Shown piece by piece: positions 1-15,000 of a stretch of 64,000 nt of DNA. The DNA comes from Candidatus Omnitrophota bacterium (GTDB lineage Bacteria > Omnitrophota > Gorgyraeia > Gygaellales > UBA12090): NCBI GenBank assembly GCA_030674475.1, contig JAUSCZ010000029.1, positions 2,357 to 66,356 on the forward strand, given 5' to 3'. Made by a program: the position numbers and the translations under genes. Numbering within the stretch: the stretch's first letter is position 1; the number at the start of each line of letters is the position of its first letter. The notes below the pieces were generated by a model. It had not been told where the DNA came from, did no database searches, and was given only the letters and a program-made list of their open reading frames with translations.

Positions 1-92
1 TTTATGGATTATACGAGCAACTGGCCAATAAAAACTTAGATCCGTTATTCTCGATTATTCCGGCGGACGAGGTATTTGCTAACAAGTTTGCT

Positions 93-3000
93 ATGTTTGT
101 GGATAAGGGCTCAATATTACATGAGATGGACATGCTGAGCAAAGAAGAAATTAGATTCTTTGAGGAAGCTGTACAACATTTAGTAAATAGGCGTAAAAGA
201 GAAGAAAATGTATTTATTTTACATTCCTCCGCCTCACCGCTGATTCTTCTCGTGGAAAACGAAGAACATCTTAAGCAGAAGTATGAAGGTTGGCTGGAAT
301 GGCGGGCTCCGAAATCCGTGAGCAGCCCGCTAGGGGAAAATGATGAGAAAATGGGATGTGTTTCTATTTTTCAATTGAGATTAAGGAAGATGCTTGCGGC
401 TGTCGCGACAGGATGGTGGGAATTATTGAATTTTGTGATTTTAATATTAGCGTTGGATATAAGCGGTATATTTATATATTCAGAATTGAAATGTAAATTA
501 GATATGGAAGTAATACTAAGCCAGAGCCGCTTTTATTATAATGGGGATCTGGATGAATCAGCGGTGATAAGTAATTTGACTCCGCCAAGCTCGATACGTG
601 TTTTCCCCTTAGAAATACCGACCAAGGCAAACAGCATTCTATTAGAAAGGCTGCGCGCGGAAAAAAGCGCATTGGAGGAGCAGGCCAGGAAATTAAAGAA
701 TTCAGGAGAGTTTGCGGCAAGGGTGGTCAGAATTCATTCAGGGGCAGGTTGGGGAAGCGGTTTTGTGGTTGATGATATTGACGCTTATTATGTGCTTATA
801 CTTACCTATCATCAGTCATCCAGTCGTTGGATAGCGCTGGGGAACAAGTATAGATGTGAAAGGTATAGTATGGATGTATCATTCGGGAGTAATCTAAAAT
901 ATGAATATATCGGGAAGGCCAATGTTGTTATTGGGCGAGCACCCGAAAAGTACGGTCCTGTGGATAGGAATATGGATGTTGTTATAGCTGTTCTTAAAAC
1001 AGACAAGAAACTCAAACCCTTTAATATTATGGTGGGCCATAAAGGAATTCAGCCTGTGGTATTGGTGGGAGGGTTTAATGACTCTGTCTCGTGCGGGTAT
1101 TCTTTTCATGTGGATGAACAGATAAAAGCATTTGATATGAAGGTTAAAAGGGGAGATTCGGGAGCCCCATACCTAATTAATGAAGGTAATGAGTATCGTC
1201 CTATAGGTGTGAGTTGGTTCGGAGGTTATCTTCCTTCGGCAGCGTGTTTTACTTTGCAGATGAAAGAAGAAATGCTGGAAGCAATTAAGGAAAGACTGCA
1301 TGAAAACGGCAATGCGGGTGAAAATGATTGGCAGCGCAGGGTGATTTCTGAGTGGGCAGACAGATGCAAAAATTCATATTATCTTTACACCACTAATATT
1401 AACGAATTATCCGCGGTTCTTAAGTTTTTAGAAAAATGGGAGCTTTATAGCCGCGCAGAAAGCAGCAGCCCGCTGGGGAAAACCGCTCATCATAATAAGG
1501 GTGTCATTAGAAAATTAATAGAGCAGCAAAAAAATAGGGGTCAGACCTTGAAATGTGAAAATGTGGGATGCTTTTTTGGCTCTCCGGCGATGAGTGAAAA
1601 GGTAAGCCGCGTTGGCGCAGGCAGCCCCGTGGCGTCTTCTGTCCCGCAAACGGCGGACCAGGAAGGTAGAAAGTTGATGTCTTGCCCCGATTCTCTGGAG
1701 GATGCATTCTCACTGCCGGAAGATGTCTGGAAAAAGTATTGGTATCATGGTTCCGCAAGAACAATAGAATTATTAAAGAGTGTTTTGCCTGCAGGAAGGC
1801 GCGGCAAGATGCGAGAGAAAGAGTATCCCGTTAAGCCATTATTGGGGGGATTATATATGGATCCAAAGTCAAAAAAGATGCATTTTCTCCTCCCGCCGGG
1901 CGCGAAATATATTGACATGGGTGGATTGTTATCCGGAAAATCTAAAAAGGAACGCCGTAAGACGGTAGAAAAGTTAGAGGAAAAAGATAGAGCTTTAAAG
2001 AGACAATTAGCGGACGGTCAATTGGAACCCCTCTTTTGTGAGGCAGAAATCAATGGCATAGATGATGAGAATGGGGAAAATCCTCCTGGCATATATACGT
2101 TCGGAGATTTTCAGACGTATAGGAAGCGAGTAATTCCTTTGAAAAAAGTTAAATTTTCTAAAGAGAAAATGGATATTATTGCCGCTTATTTTAGGACGAT
2201 TGAAGGTGAACAGGAGAAGGTTCTGCTTAATGGCGGCACATTAGGATTGGGTGAAGATGTGGAACAGTTTTGTAAAGCAGTGTTTTCGATCGAAAAAGAT
2301 CCGCGCGTGTACCGGAGGGCGGCGACTATTGGGGTCATGCGATTCCTTCAGCGTTTGAAACAGAATCCCGATAATGTGCGTTTGGGAAGCGTTCCCGCGG
2401 TACTTGTTATAGATCCGCAAAAGCTACCCGATATAAAATTAGCTCCTGATAGAACCTATCGCGCCGGCGCATTTTTCCTGACCTACCCTGATGGACGTAT
2501 GGTTGAAGAATTGGGTTCCTCCGCATATAAAATTGTCAAACTTCAACCGGAAGAAGTGAACGATTTATTGTTAAAGTTTTCAGATAGGGTATCCAGATTT
2601 CAGGCATTATGGGAAAGATTAACTCAAACAGTAGAACAGTTCCTGAGTGATAGGGGTCAGACCTTGAAATGTGAAAAGCCAGGGGAAGCGCCGGCTTCCA
2701 GCCCCAAGGGAAAAGGGGACGGTTCTATTTATTTGAGCAGTCCTGTGGGGGGAAATGACTCTGCGCTCTTTTTCGCGTCTAAACAGAGCCTATTATCTTC
2801 TTCGCCGGTTATGTTTGACCCGCAAAAACCATTCAGCAGCCAATTGGGTATGTTGAAAATAATCTGGCAGGCGATTCATGAAAGGAATGAGAATAGGCTG
2901 ATGGCGTTACGGGAAGGGCTTTCGCGGCAGGGAATAAGGAGTTGGCTGATTGAGTATAAAGGTTATTTCCCTGACTGTTTTGAATATTATCCCGGAGCAG

Positions 3001-6000
3001 AAGACGATGTTACTAATGCTGAATCGATTACGAATCCATTCAAAAGTATCGAAATGGATAATGGCGGTCAAGCATTCGCATTGTGTGAAAAGATACGGGA
3101 GGCGGTCTTTTCTATCTCGCGAACATTAGACCAGGGGTATATTTCAGGCATGAATCTGGATGGTATTGTTGAATGCGCGCAACATCTTATTGATAATATT
3201 GAACAGCACGCCGCAGACGGTTACGGCATGATTATGGTTAAGTCAGTTGTTAACTCGCGTAAGAGAGTGGGCATTGAGCTTATACATTTGGACGATGGCA
3301 AGAACTTAGGGTGGTACACGCTTCCTGAAGAAACAAAAAAGTCTGTGACGAGAAAAGAAGGCCCGGGAGGGTACGGATTATTTAAATTTGCGGCCTTTAT
3401 GGATGAGATTGTTATTATATCAAAGCGTAAAGGTGAACCTGCAAAACGATGGGATAGCGCTAATCCGGAGAAAGAAAAAATAATTCGGAGTTTCATATGC
3501 CCGAGCGGGCGGATTACCATAGGTAAGAAGTGGAGTTCGGTTATTAAGCTGCGCCAGGATGGAGAAGAAAAAGATGCTTCAACTTTGGGCAGCAGCCCGC
3601 TGGGGCAAGACAGGAAAATAGAAGTGCCTCCATCTTCGCGGATTATTTTATGGATGCACCCATTATATTCAGAAAGAATATTCCGGGATGAATTAAGAAA
3701 ACATTCGGCAGATAATATAATGAGAAACAAAATAGAACAACTCATCTATAGATATAGTAAATTTCAAGAAGAAACCGCGCGAAATGTTGAAATTTTTGAT
3801 GGTATGAAATTGGTTATAGCGGATAATCATACTAAAAAAGCGGTAAATAATTTCTTGAAGGAGAGAAAAGTGAGTTGTAATTTGTTGACTACGAAATATG
3901 ATACTTTTGAACTGTCAGGATTGATGGGAGACGACTATATTTGTGGCTGGAAAGAACTTATAGATGTCTTAAAGACTTCGAATTATAGAAGTATTATTCT
4001 GGTTGGCGAATATTATGATGGATTGGGAGGATGTGTTGACGCGGAAAAGGCTATACTGGATAAGCATTTTATGGTTTCCGTTAAGAAAGACTTAACTTCT
4101 CCTTTTGGATTTTGTCAATTTGAAAAAACTATTGTTTCATCGCTTGAACCGGACAAGGTATCTTCTTTTCCTGTAGTATATCAGGAAAAAGCTATGGCCG
4201 TCTCTATTCCCGCGGGCAGTCCGTCTCGCCGACAGACAGGCAGCCCGCTTAATAAGAAACCAGAAAAGGCCAGAAACGACATAATTATCCTGCTACAGGC
4301 TTTAAGAAAACAGAATAAAGGCGGCATAGCTGATAGCGAGACAGAATTGCGGTTAAGGATATGGAAAGCAATACTTGATTTTTCCCGCGCTGGCAATGAA
4401 ATAAAGGTGGTGAATAATGAAGAATTATTGCGCAGAAGGGATAAAAAGATTAAAGAAGCAGGCCATATCCTTCTGGAAGGAGTTATTCCCCCAGGCGGAA
4501 TACTCAGAATGCTGGGAAGGAATCTCACCTTCCGGGGTTATAAAAATACACACTATCAGATGGAAATAAAAGAAGGAATCCCTTTAAGAATATTTTTCCT
4601 AAAAGACCATTCGGCTGTGCAGTTTTCTTTAGTCTGGAGCAAATCGAAGGGTAGGTATATTGACTTTTTTCTCCGCACTATCTTTATTAAGCAATTTAAC
4701 AAGCTTAATGAAGATAACAAAGTCCATTATTGCCATTTAGAAGGAACAGGATGGTTTCGCTTGGCAAGAAGGTACTGGATGAAATTTCCTGGTAGTTTCG
4801 GTTATGGGATTGCGGATGTTGTTGATATCCGTAATCCTTCCAAGAGGAAGGCTTTTGTCGCCGGCGCGGTAGCAGTAAATCAGAAAGGGCAAAGTTTTCC
4901 GAAAACACTCTCCTTTATTTATCAGATTCCCCGAAGAAGCACTGCAGAATCTTTTGAGAAAGGAGATTTGTATGATGTGTTTGATACTAAGGTGTATTCC
5001 GCGAAAATTAGAAGAAATTTGAGCTCGTATATTATCAGTGGACATAAGATAAAAGACGGCGGGGGAAAGGTGATAGCGGTATGCAATTATAGGAAGTATA
5101 TCGGATATTTCCCTTATGCTGAAATAGAAATTAAGAAAATAAAAGGAGAATTCCGTTTTATAAGGTTTGTTAAAAATAAGGATGGGCTCCCCATAGTGGA
5201 TAAAAGAAACAACAGCCTAATCATAGACCTTAGAGAAAATACAAAGAAGCAGATAAAAGAGAAGTGTAGTAATGAATTCGCAGAGCAAATCTTAGGGATA
5301 AAACGGACTGAGAATAAAATCGTTGAAGAAAATAAGGGAAAGGAAAAACAAAATATTCCCATAGGTGAGCGTTTTAGAAGCAGGAAACAAGAAATAAAAG
5401 ACAAAATTTCGGAGTATCTTAAAAATCATCCAAATGCGAAGTATCGGGAGATATCGCTTAACACAAAAATTCCGGAAACATTATTAATAAAGTATTTATT
5501 TTATTCTGACACGGAAAAATTAGAAAATGCAAAAGAAGAGTATCTCGATGAAGGCGAAAGTGAAGTAAAATCTTCCGGCAGCAGCCCGCTGGGCTTTGTT
5601 AAAACTGGGCCTTTGCGAATGGGAGGTTTATCAGTTACCTCTAAGGAAAGATATGAGGGGTTCCTTAAGCCTTCTGTTTTCAGCTCTGGGGTGGATGTGG
5701 TCTCAACTGATATAAATTCTGCCGCCGCTTCTTCATTAGAAGGAGACAAAGAAGTAGCATCATCCTCATTTCTCCCCATGGCATTAGTTGAGGGGGGAAT
5801 GAGCGAGGATAAATACAGGGCCTATAAGAAAGGGGCTGTTGAATTTTTGGAAAAGCATATCTTTATCGTTATGGCGGCAGGTATTGAAGTTTTCAAAAAC
5901 TACGATACTGGTTTGGAGACGGTTGAAGCCAGCAGCCCGCTGGATAAGGAGCATTGTTTTAATTATCCGGAGTTCAGGTTCCTGCGCGGGCACAGGAATG

Positions 6001-9000
6001 TAATGCGTATTTCCGATATTTATTTGCCGTTTGAGTTATTCGGCAGGGACGCGGACTCATGGTATTATCCTAGCCTGACGCGATTATTACACCAGAGCCT
6101 GGAGGATGTGTTGTGGGTTGAGGACTTTATCTTAAGATTCTACGGCAGTATAACCTATGATGTGGATGAGGAAGGCAAACCCAGATGGAATGATCTAAGC
6201 GATATCAACGCGACGATTTTACCCGGGGATAAATGGTTGATGGAGGGGGCCATAGATTTACAAAAAGACATAGTGAACAGGTTTGTGGAAATAGCTAAGG
6301 ATTCCAGGCTAAGCGCGGTTCTGCGCCCTTTGCCTGATCCGGACAGCTTGAGAGAGTTAATCAGCGACGACTTCCAATATCCCTGCCTTAAGTTAAATAA
6401 CGGCCGCTATCTGCCGGTTCGGATAGACATTTCTTATCCCTTGGATTCCCTGGTATGGCAGGAAAACCCTTCACAGGTGTATGATTTTTGGGGTTTTTAT
6501 CACGGGAATCAAAAGATGCTTAATACGCTTAATCAGCGGGTGAAGATAATTGAGGTCGGAGCATTGGCCGATCAGGAAGTCAGTCGTTACCAAAAAATAT
6601 TTGAAAGGGCGGTTTCATTTATCACTATAGATAAATTCCTTCCGGTTAAGTCTTTGAAGTTCCTGGCCCAGCTTGCCCGGATGCGGGATTTGACAGGCTT
6701 AAAAGAAGAATTGCTAGCCAAGGTGAGAGATATCTCAATCATAAAGCCTGAAGAGAAGGCTCAAAAGGCAGCCCGCGGGATTTTTTGGAAAAAATACAGT
6801 AGTCTGCTTATACCCCAAGACATCCGGCAGGTAAAGTATGATATTTACGGATGTATTCTGAAAAGGTCTTCTTCGGCTATGGAAGGTGCCGGCAGTCCGC
6901 GGGGGCAAAGCAGGAAAATAGAAGCGTCCCCATTTTCATCCGGCTATATAAAGGCCAGTTCATCTTTGGGGTCATTGATACCTCCGGAGGCAGAAGGCGG
7001 GAATATAAAAGGCAAGATATTGATAGTTGAAGATTCGAAGAATTTACGCGCTTCATTAAGAATGCGCCTTGAAAGTGAAGGATATGATGTTATGGAAGCC
7101 GGGGATGGGAAGGAGGCTTTAGAAAGGCTGGCCGATGAAAAGTTTGACCTTATTATTTCCGACTTTGATATGCCTGGCATGAATGGCATTGAACTTTTAG
7201 CCGAACTTAAGAAAAGGGGAATAACTACTCCTGTGATTATGCGCAGCACAGACGATATAAGGGAAAAGGCGTATGCCGCGGGCGCGAAGGAATTTATATC
7301 TAAACAGCGGCGCGCGAAGGATTTATCAGAAATTATAAATAAGATTTTAAAGGGTAAGGCAGGCAGCCCGCTGGGGGGAGAAAACGGTCGCAGTTCCTAT
7401 TTTGCCTATGCTAAAACTACCGCCGCCTCGCCGCTTATCATAGAAGCGGGCTATCAGATGGTAAAAGGTATGATAAGAGAAGGTGTTTTAAAAGACGGTT
7501 TAAAAATGATTATGGATAGCGAAAGCATGAATAGCATTGCTATTCTCTGGCAAAAAGGTTTTAGAAATAGGTTAACTAATAGGTTAATTGAACATTTTGG
7601 AATTAGGTTATATGCAGTCTACCTTAATCAAGAATTTGCCCAATCTCAAAACCAAAATGTTCAGGAGAGGATGTTCACTAAGGAGGCATTTCAATATTTA
7701 AACGATAGATATAAACAGCGTTTTGAAAGAGTAGTTGTGGTAAGCGAGGATGCGGTAAACTCAACGAAGAGCCATGAAATACTCCATGATGTTTACCATT
7801 TCTTACTGAAGGAAGATAAAAATACTTTAGATTCTTTGGTGGAGAGTATAGCTGCTCATTTTGGGAACGACGTACGGTATTTAGTTGCTTTTAAAGATAT
7901 TTCAAAATACCTTGGTGAATTTCACTATTACTATAATTCTTCTCGTGAAAGACAACAGTTCGTTTATGAGATGCTTTCTGAATTTATTAGTTATTTTTTC
8001 TCAGGAATGTTTTTAGAAATAACGGATAAGCGTTTGATAGAAAAATATTACTACCTACGCGATACTACTCCTGAGGAAGTAAAAAATATATTTGTTGAGC
8101 TTGGTTTTATCTGGCCTTCGGCCATTAATCCCGTTTACGCCGCCTCACCGCTGATTCTTCTCGTGGAAAACGAAGAACATCTTAGGCAGAAGTATAAAGG
8201 TTGGCTGGAATGGCGGGCTCCGATATCCGTGAGCAGCCCGCTGGATGATAATGAACCTATAGATGAAGTGGGGATAAAATCGGACAGCGCGAATAACCCC
8301 AGGATTTCGGCGTTTCATCGGCCAGACTACCCTTCCCTTTTTAAAGCGGATACACAGAAGAGATATTATAGTCTTCTGCGTAAGGCATTGAGTAGTTTAT
8401 TAGATGGGGGATACATTAAATATGAAAATATTGAAGCGCTTTCTTGTGATTTTTATCAGAGAAATCACATAACGAATATTCGCGATCACTTTTGGCCTCC
8501 AGAGAAGAAAGGTAGATTTGCGTTACCGGAAGGCGCTCGTTTAACGGTATTCATCCCTTATTATTTTGGATTTATCAGACCGGAAGATTTTGAAGCTTGG
8601 TGCCGCAGGGATGTGGTCATTTTTATCAAGGCACCGGATGAGATGGTTGAGGAATTAAAAGGATATCGCGCGGAATTTGAAAGAAAATTACCGGAAAGAA
8701 TAGATGAGGACAATGTTTTGATTGAAGGTATGAAAATAAGAAACCTCTATCTATCCGAGAAAAGCCTTGGCAGATTGTTCCTTCTTGTTGATCAGCGGGT
8801 TCAAGAGGCATATGATTTGCTGTATAGCTATGTCTATATGCTGGCTAAAACTTATATCTGGCGCAACCCCGCCTTACAAAACCCCGGGGCAAGAGATGAA
8901 GTATTAGTATCGGTTATGGATATGTTAGACCGCAAAATTAAAAAAGGTAATTTGATTCAAGAGGGAGAAGCTAAGGTTAATAAAGTTATCTTGAATGACA

Positions 9001-12000
9001 TAAAAAGTAGAATAAAAGACGCGAAGCGTAACTATATTATAAGAAAATTTGGGGCCAGGGGTTTAAATAAGGAGAATTACCGGCTGGATATAGGCGTAAG
9101 GATAACTTCTCTTGCGCCGGTTGAAGAAGAATACGGAGACCCGCTGGACAATCTTCCCGCGAAAGAGGAAGATCTTGAGGATGATTATGGGGAATCTGTG
9201 TATCAACGTAATGTCCTAATAACAATTAAAAATTATTTGGCTGAAAAGTCTATGAAGCCGGATAGAGAAAGGAGTATTATTTACGCGCGCCTGGGCATTG
9301 ATGAGAGAACGGGTGAATTTGGCAAATCACCATTGCCGATCAATGAGACGAGTAAGAGATTCGGGGTAACTAAATCTCGGATCTTCCAAATAACGAGTAA
9401 ACTGCGTGATTACGTTCAATCGGAAAGAGTAAAAGAATCGGGTAGTCTTCCCGAGCTATCCAAAAGGCAAAAGAGAAATAAGGACCGCGGTCAATTATTT
9501 GACAGCAAAGGCGAGTCCGGCAGCCCGCTGGGGGCGGGCATGTCATTAGAAAAAGGCAAAAGAGGCGCGACGGTTGCTTTGTATGATGGGAAAACTGCCC
9601 GGGCGGCGCGGAAGGCTGGGGGAGAAATATTTCTGGTCGGGGACTCTCTTTTGATGGTGCTCTATAAGCATACATCAACCAGAGAGTTGTCCGCGGACGA
9701 AGCGATGGAGATTATGTTAAAGCATACCCGAATGGTAAGCGAAGGCGCGCAAGATAAAAATCTTATAGAAATTATCGGAGATATGCCTTGCGGCTCATAC
9801 TATACTGTGGGGGCGGCATTAACCAACGCTAAGAAATTCATAGAAGCCGGGGCGACCGCGGTAAAGATTGAGGGAGGCCGTGATGCCGCGCCTATCGGTA
9901 AGGCTTTCACCGAGGCGGGAATTCGCTGGTATGGCCATATCGGCTATGAGCCGCAAAAGAACGACCTTAAGGCCTACGGTATTGAGGTGGTTGAGCAAAT
10001 GCGATTATTTTTTGATGCCTTAAGCCTCCAGGAGGCAGGGGCACAGGCCATTGTGTTAGAGATGGTTTACGCGAAAGTCGCCGCCGCCATAACCAGGCTA
10101 TTGAAAATTCCCACCATCGGAATCGGCTCCGGGCCGGATACGGATTATCAAATATTGGTAATCAACGATATTTTAGGCACCACGGATTTCCAGGGAAAAA
10201 AGAAGCCTTGTTTCGCGGTATCCTTTCGCCGGGAAGTCGAAGATCCGGAATCTCCCGAAGTTATCACGGAGGTTTTTGGAAGGTTTCAGGGGGCGATTAA
10301 ATCGGGAGTATATCCCCAGGAAAAAAATTATCATCGTCTGCCCGAATCTTTCGCGCGATGGGAGAGAAAACGGCAATTAAAAGAACTGCTTTGCGATTTG
10401 GAAAAAGCGCCAAGCATAACCTGGGCTGAAGCGGCGCGGGTCTTTGATGTAGCGGCGGAATTAGGCCTGAGGGATTCCGTTGAATTCTTTAAGAGGATCA
10501 GGCTGCTTTTGGCGCGAAAATACATTCAGGGCGGAGGCAATGTGGGGGAGCGCCTCAGCGAGATTGATAAAGCCTTAATGAGGATCGTTTCTGAGGTGGA
10601 GCTTTCCCGTTACTATAATATCGTCAGGGCAATAATCAGCGCGCTTCCTCATCAGGGCCTGGATTTAGACGGTATTATTAAAGAATCAGAGTATCTTCAT
10701 TGGTTGGTCGGGGATAATTCTCTCGCCCAAGACATCCGCGGAAAAGCCCATACCTGCCTGACTCCCGAGATATATAAGGATGTCCAGAATTACACGATGT
10801 TTCTTGCCGGGCAAAAAGAATTGCCGGGACGGTTTCCCCGGCCGAATGATATAAAAGCAAGAAGCTTAGTCGCGGACTATTTTCAACATACACAACCAGA
10901 CGCGAAAGGAAAGGAGATTTATACCGCCGTAAAACTATTACAGAAATATTTGGCTGATGTATATGGCCAAGAGGGACAGTGGTATATGGTCTCAAGGCTT
11001 GAATATTGGAGTGAAAAAGAGTCGGTTAAAAACAGCAATTTAGATAATCAGCTTTTAGGATTGATAAGGCGTATTAATAATAAAGAATATCTGCCCGCGG
11101 CGGAAATTATTTCAGAGATGAGGAAGGCGATATATAAACTCGTAAACCGGCAGGGGGCTAATGATACCTTAGAGTTTATTTACCTGGATCTTTTTCTGGA
11201 GAAAACATTGGATTGGTCAGCCGGCAATATCGTTAATGGCTATCTCAGAGCCCCGCGGGAAAATACGCGGATAGCCTTACAGCTGATTAAGCTGTTAGTG
11301 GAAAATACGATGTATTCCGGGTGGGCGGGGTTACATCTCTATTTGTTATCGCGAATAGTTGATACGGCAGACAGAACTTATTTACAATTAAAGAATATCC
11401 TGGAGCTTATTCTGCTGGATTTTACGGATATCCTGGATCAGATACACGCGGTGATTGAAATGCCTCTGGCGGTATACCGGCGGCATACTATAAGCACGGA
11501 ACAGGAAAAGCAAGAGCTCAAGGCGCGATTCAGAAGAAGCCTGGTTAGCTACGACAGGTCGCTTTATGTGATTGAAGAGGTCTTGCGGTATATTAAGAAT
11601 CTGCTGGAAACAGAAAAAGACAGCTATATCTTTGCGGATCCGGCAGTGCCGTCCGGATTGCCCGCGGTTATCCATATAGATTCGGTAAATAAAGAATTCA
11701 TTACCAAGAACGCGGATATACTCCAGGAGCAGTTTGGCGGTAAAGGCGCGAATATGATGGTGATGAACAGTTTAGGCGTGAAGGTCCCTAGCGGCTTTGT
11801 TTTTCCCATAACGGTTTCCCGGTATAAGCTGTACGAGACATACCCTGAGGAATTCGACCGGATGGTTATGCGGGAAATGAAAGTTCTGGAGGCTAATTGG
11901 TCAAAAAAACACCACGGGTTCAGTGGTGAAAACGCCTTATTCAGGTTTAATCCGGCTATTGATGAGCTTAGAGAAGGTGTAATTCCTCTTTTAGTCTCTA

Positions 12001-15000
12001 TAAGACCCGGCTCCATCCTTAAGATGCCGGGCAGCCTGCCCACAGTAACCAATGTAGGTATTAATGATGCAATAGCTGAATTTTTAGCCAATAAATTTAA
12101 TCCCCGCTTTGCCTATGATACTTATTCCAGATTCCTTGAATCTTACGGAGAAGGTGTCTATGGTATTTCCCGCGAGCGATTCACTCATCTTTGGGAAATT
12201 TATGCTTATGAGTCAGGCGTAAGTGATAGAAGCAAGATGAACGTCCGGCAGTTAAAAATACTTTGTGATAGATTCAAGAATCTTATTGTCGGGGAGCTGG
12301 AAATAATGGGGCAGGACAGCGGCGTTCTGGAGAGAGACTTAGCCAATCCTTTAGACCAGCTAAGGAAAGCGCTCAAGGCTGTCTTAAACTCATGGGAAAG
12401 AGAAGACGCGGTTACCTATCGCGCCTGCCACGGCATATCAAATAATTTTTACGCTTCCATTACCGTTCAGGCAATGGTTAATGGAAACTTAGACGCCGAA
12501 TCCGGGGCCGGGGTATTGATTTACCGGAGTGTTGAAGGCAGGATTATTATAACCGGAGAATATAGTTCCAACGCGCAGGGGCCGGACATCGCCGACGGCC
12601 TGATAAGGCCGGGTAAGATACATACGCTTAAAGAAAAAAATCCCCGCGCCTATAACCGGCTGTTAGAGGAAGCCGGGAAATTATCCGCGTGTTACTTTGT
12701 TGACCCTGAAATAGAGTTTACCGTCTCGGGTCAGGGGCAATTATGGTTTTTGCAGGTCAGCAGAGAGGCGCACAGAAAAAGAATTACCTGGAAGAAGCTA
12801 TCAGTGGAAGGACATAAACCGGCCGGCAGGGGAATAGGCGTCTATGGCGGAGGATTGCGCGGAAAAGTAATATTTGACGCCTTAGATATAACATCAATGA
12901 ATGAGGCCGCCCGGAAAGAAGGATTAGACGGGGCGATTATGGTGATGAATTATCCCCTGCCTTCGGATACGGGCTTGATTACCGGAAAGGGCCTTAAGGC
13001 TTTGCTTACCGCCAAAGGCGGTATCGGTTCCCACGGGGCAAGTATTGCCCGGGGCGACGGGATATACGCGATATTAGGCATTGATGAGTTGTTTTTTGAT
13101 GTTATGGCGGGGAAATGGTATCTGGGCGATAAGGAATTAAATAAAGGCGACATCTTAAGCCTGGATGCCCGGGCTGAGAGAGGCTATGTGTATCGGGGAT
13201 TAATTCCCTACGCGTCTGTTTCCTCCGCGATGGTGTATCCTGACGCGCGTGAGGTTATTAAGATAGGAATGACATCTTCGGCGATTTTCTCAAGGCGGGA
13301 AAATAGGCTGGCGCTCAATTTCAACGCGGGTTTGAAAAATACTAAAACCGGCAGCCCGCTGGAGGGAGAGGCTTCTTCTTTAGGCGGTTCGCTGAATCGT
13401 TGGGGGCGCGTTATTTATGAGAAACTATTTTATCCTTCAGACAATAAGGAAGGACAGCAAAGGTTCCGGACAATAGATGATGTTAAAAAGTCGCAAGAGG
13501 AAGACTCGCGGTGGTTAGAATTAAGTATTAAAACGTTGACAGAAGAAAACAGAGAAAAAATTTCAAAGCTATTGCCGGTGATGCGCGAGATTGATTCACT
13601 TGAGAAGGATTTAATCGGGCTTTCGGATGTTCAACTAAAAGCAAAAACAAATGAATTTAAGGCCCGGTTTAAGAATGGGGAAACTCTTGGCCAGCTTCTC
13701 CCTGAAGCTTTCGCGGTGGTCAGGGAGGCGTTCTTGAGGTTAAGCGGAAAGCGGATTTACAGCGTGCAAATGCTTGGGGGGATTGTCATTCATCAGAAAA
13801 AGGTCGCGGAAATTAAAACCGGCGAAGGCAAGACTTTTGTGGCCATGCTTCCGGCTTATTTAAGGGTATTGAGCGGACAAAAAGTCCATATTATTACCCA
13901 TAACCAATATTTGAGCACCAGGGATTTTAAGAAAACCGAATCTCTCTATCAATTCCTGGGAGTAACGGTAAATCTTAGGATTGATAGCCGCAAAAGGAAA
14001 ATCTTAAGTAAAATCTATGAGGCGGAGATCCTGTTTACCACAATAGAAACGGGATTTGATTTAATGAATGGAATTATTCCGTCGTCTCTACTGGCCGGCG
14101 CCTTTGCCATTATTGACGAAGCGGATTATTCCTTAATTGATTTAAATAACAATTCCTTAGTTCTTGTGCGAAAAAAAGGCGACAGCAAAGAATATTTTAA
14201 AGTTATTAAGAAGATATCCGCGAAAATGGAGCAGGGGTCGCATTATAAAATAGAATCAAAGTATCAGGTCTTGTTGACAGAAGCCGGCGTAAAATTTGTT
14301 AATGAATTTTTAGAAAGATTGAATTATCCATGGCTGAAAGGATATGAAGCCCAGACCAGGCTTTTAATTCAAATCTATCTGGCGACAGGTTTGCGTTATC
14401 AAAAAGGGATTGATTATTTGATCCATGGCGGCCAGGTTGTTCCTATTGACGAATTTACGGGGCGCCTTAAAGAAAGGCATCGGTTCGGATTGTATATTCA
14501 TCAACTTATTGAGCTAAGAGAGGGCATTAGGGTTGGGGGAGCTAAGCATGTTTTAACGTTGCCCGCGCCTGTGTTCTTTAATTATTATAAAGAGAAAGGA
14601 GGAATGACCGGCACGATTGATTTTCCCGTAGCGCGCCGTGAATTATCCAGGATTTACGGGATTTCCGACATTGTCGTTATCCCGACAAAATATCCCAGCC
14701 AGAGAATGGATTTACTCCCAAGAGTCTTTTTAGATGAGCGGAAACGAGATTCGAGCTTGGTGAGAAGAATTGAGGAATTGCGCGCGCAAGGAAACCCGGT
14801 TCTTTTGATCACCCAATCCGTGAATGAATCCGAAAGGTTAGAACGCTTATTGAAGGAACAGAAGCTCCCCTGCGAAATTCTTAATGCTGAAAATGAACGT
14901 GAAGAAAATAGAATAATCCACCAGGCAGGAGGCCAGGGGCAAATAACTATTTCAACTAATATGAGTGGCCGCGGAACAGATATTGTAATAGGTGAGCAGG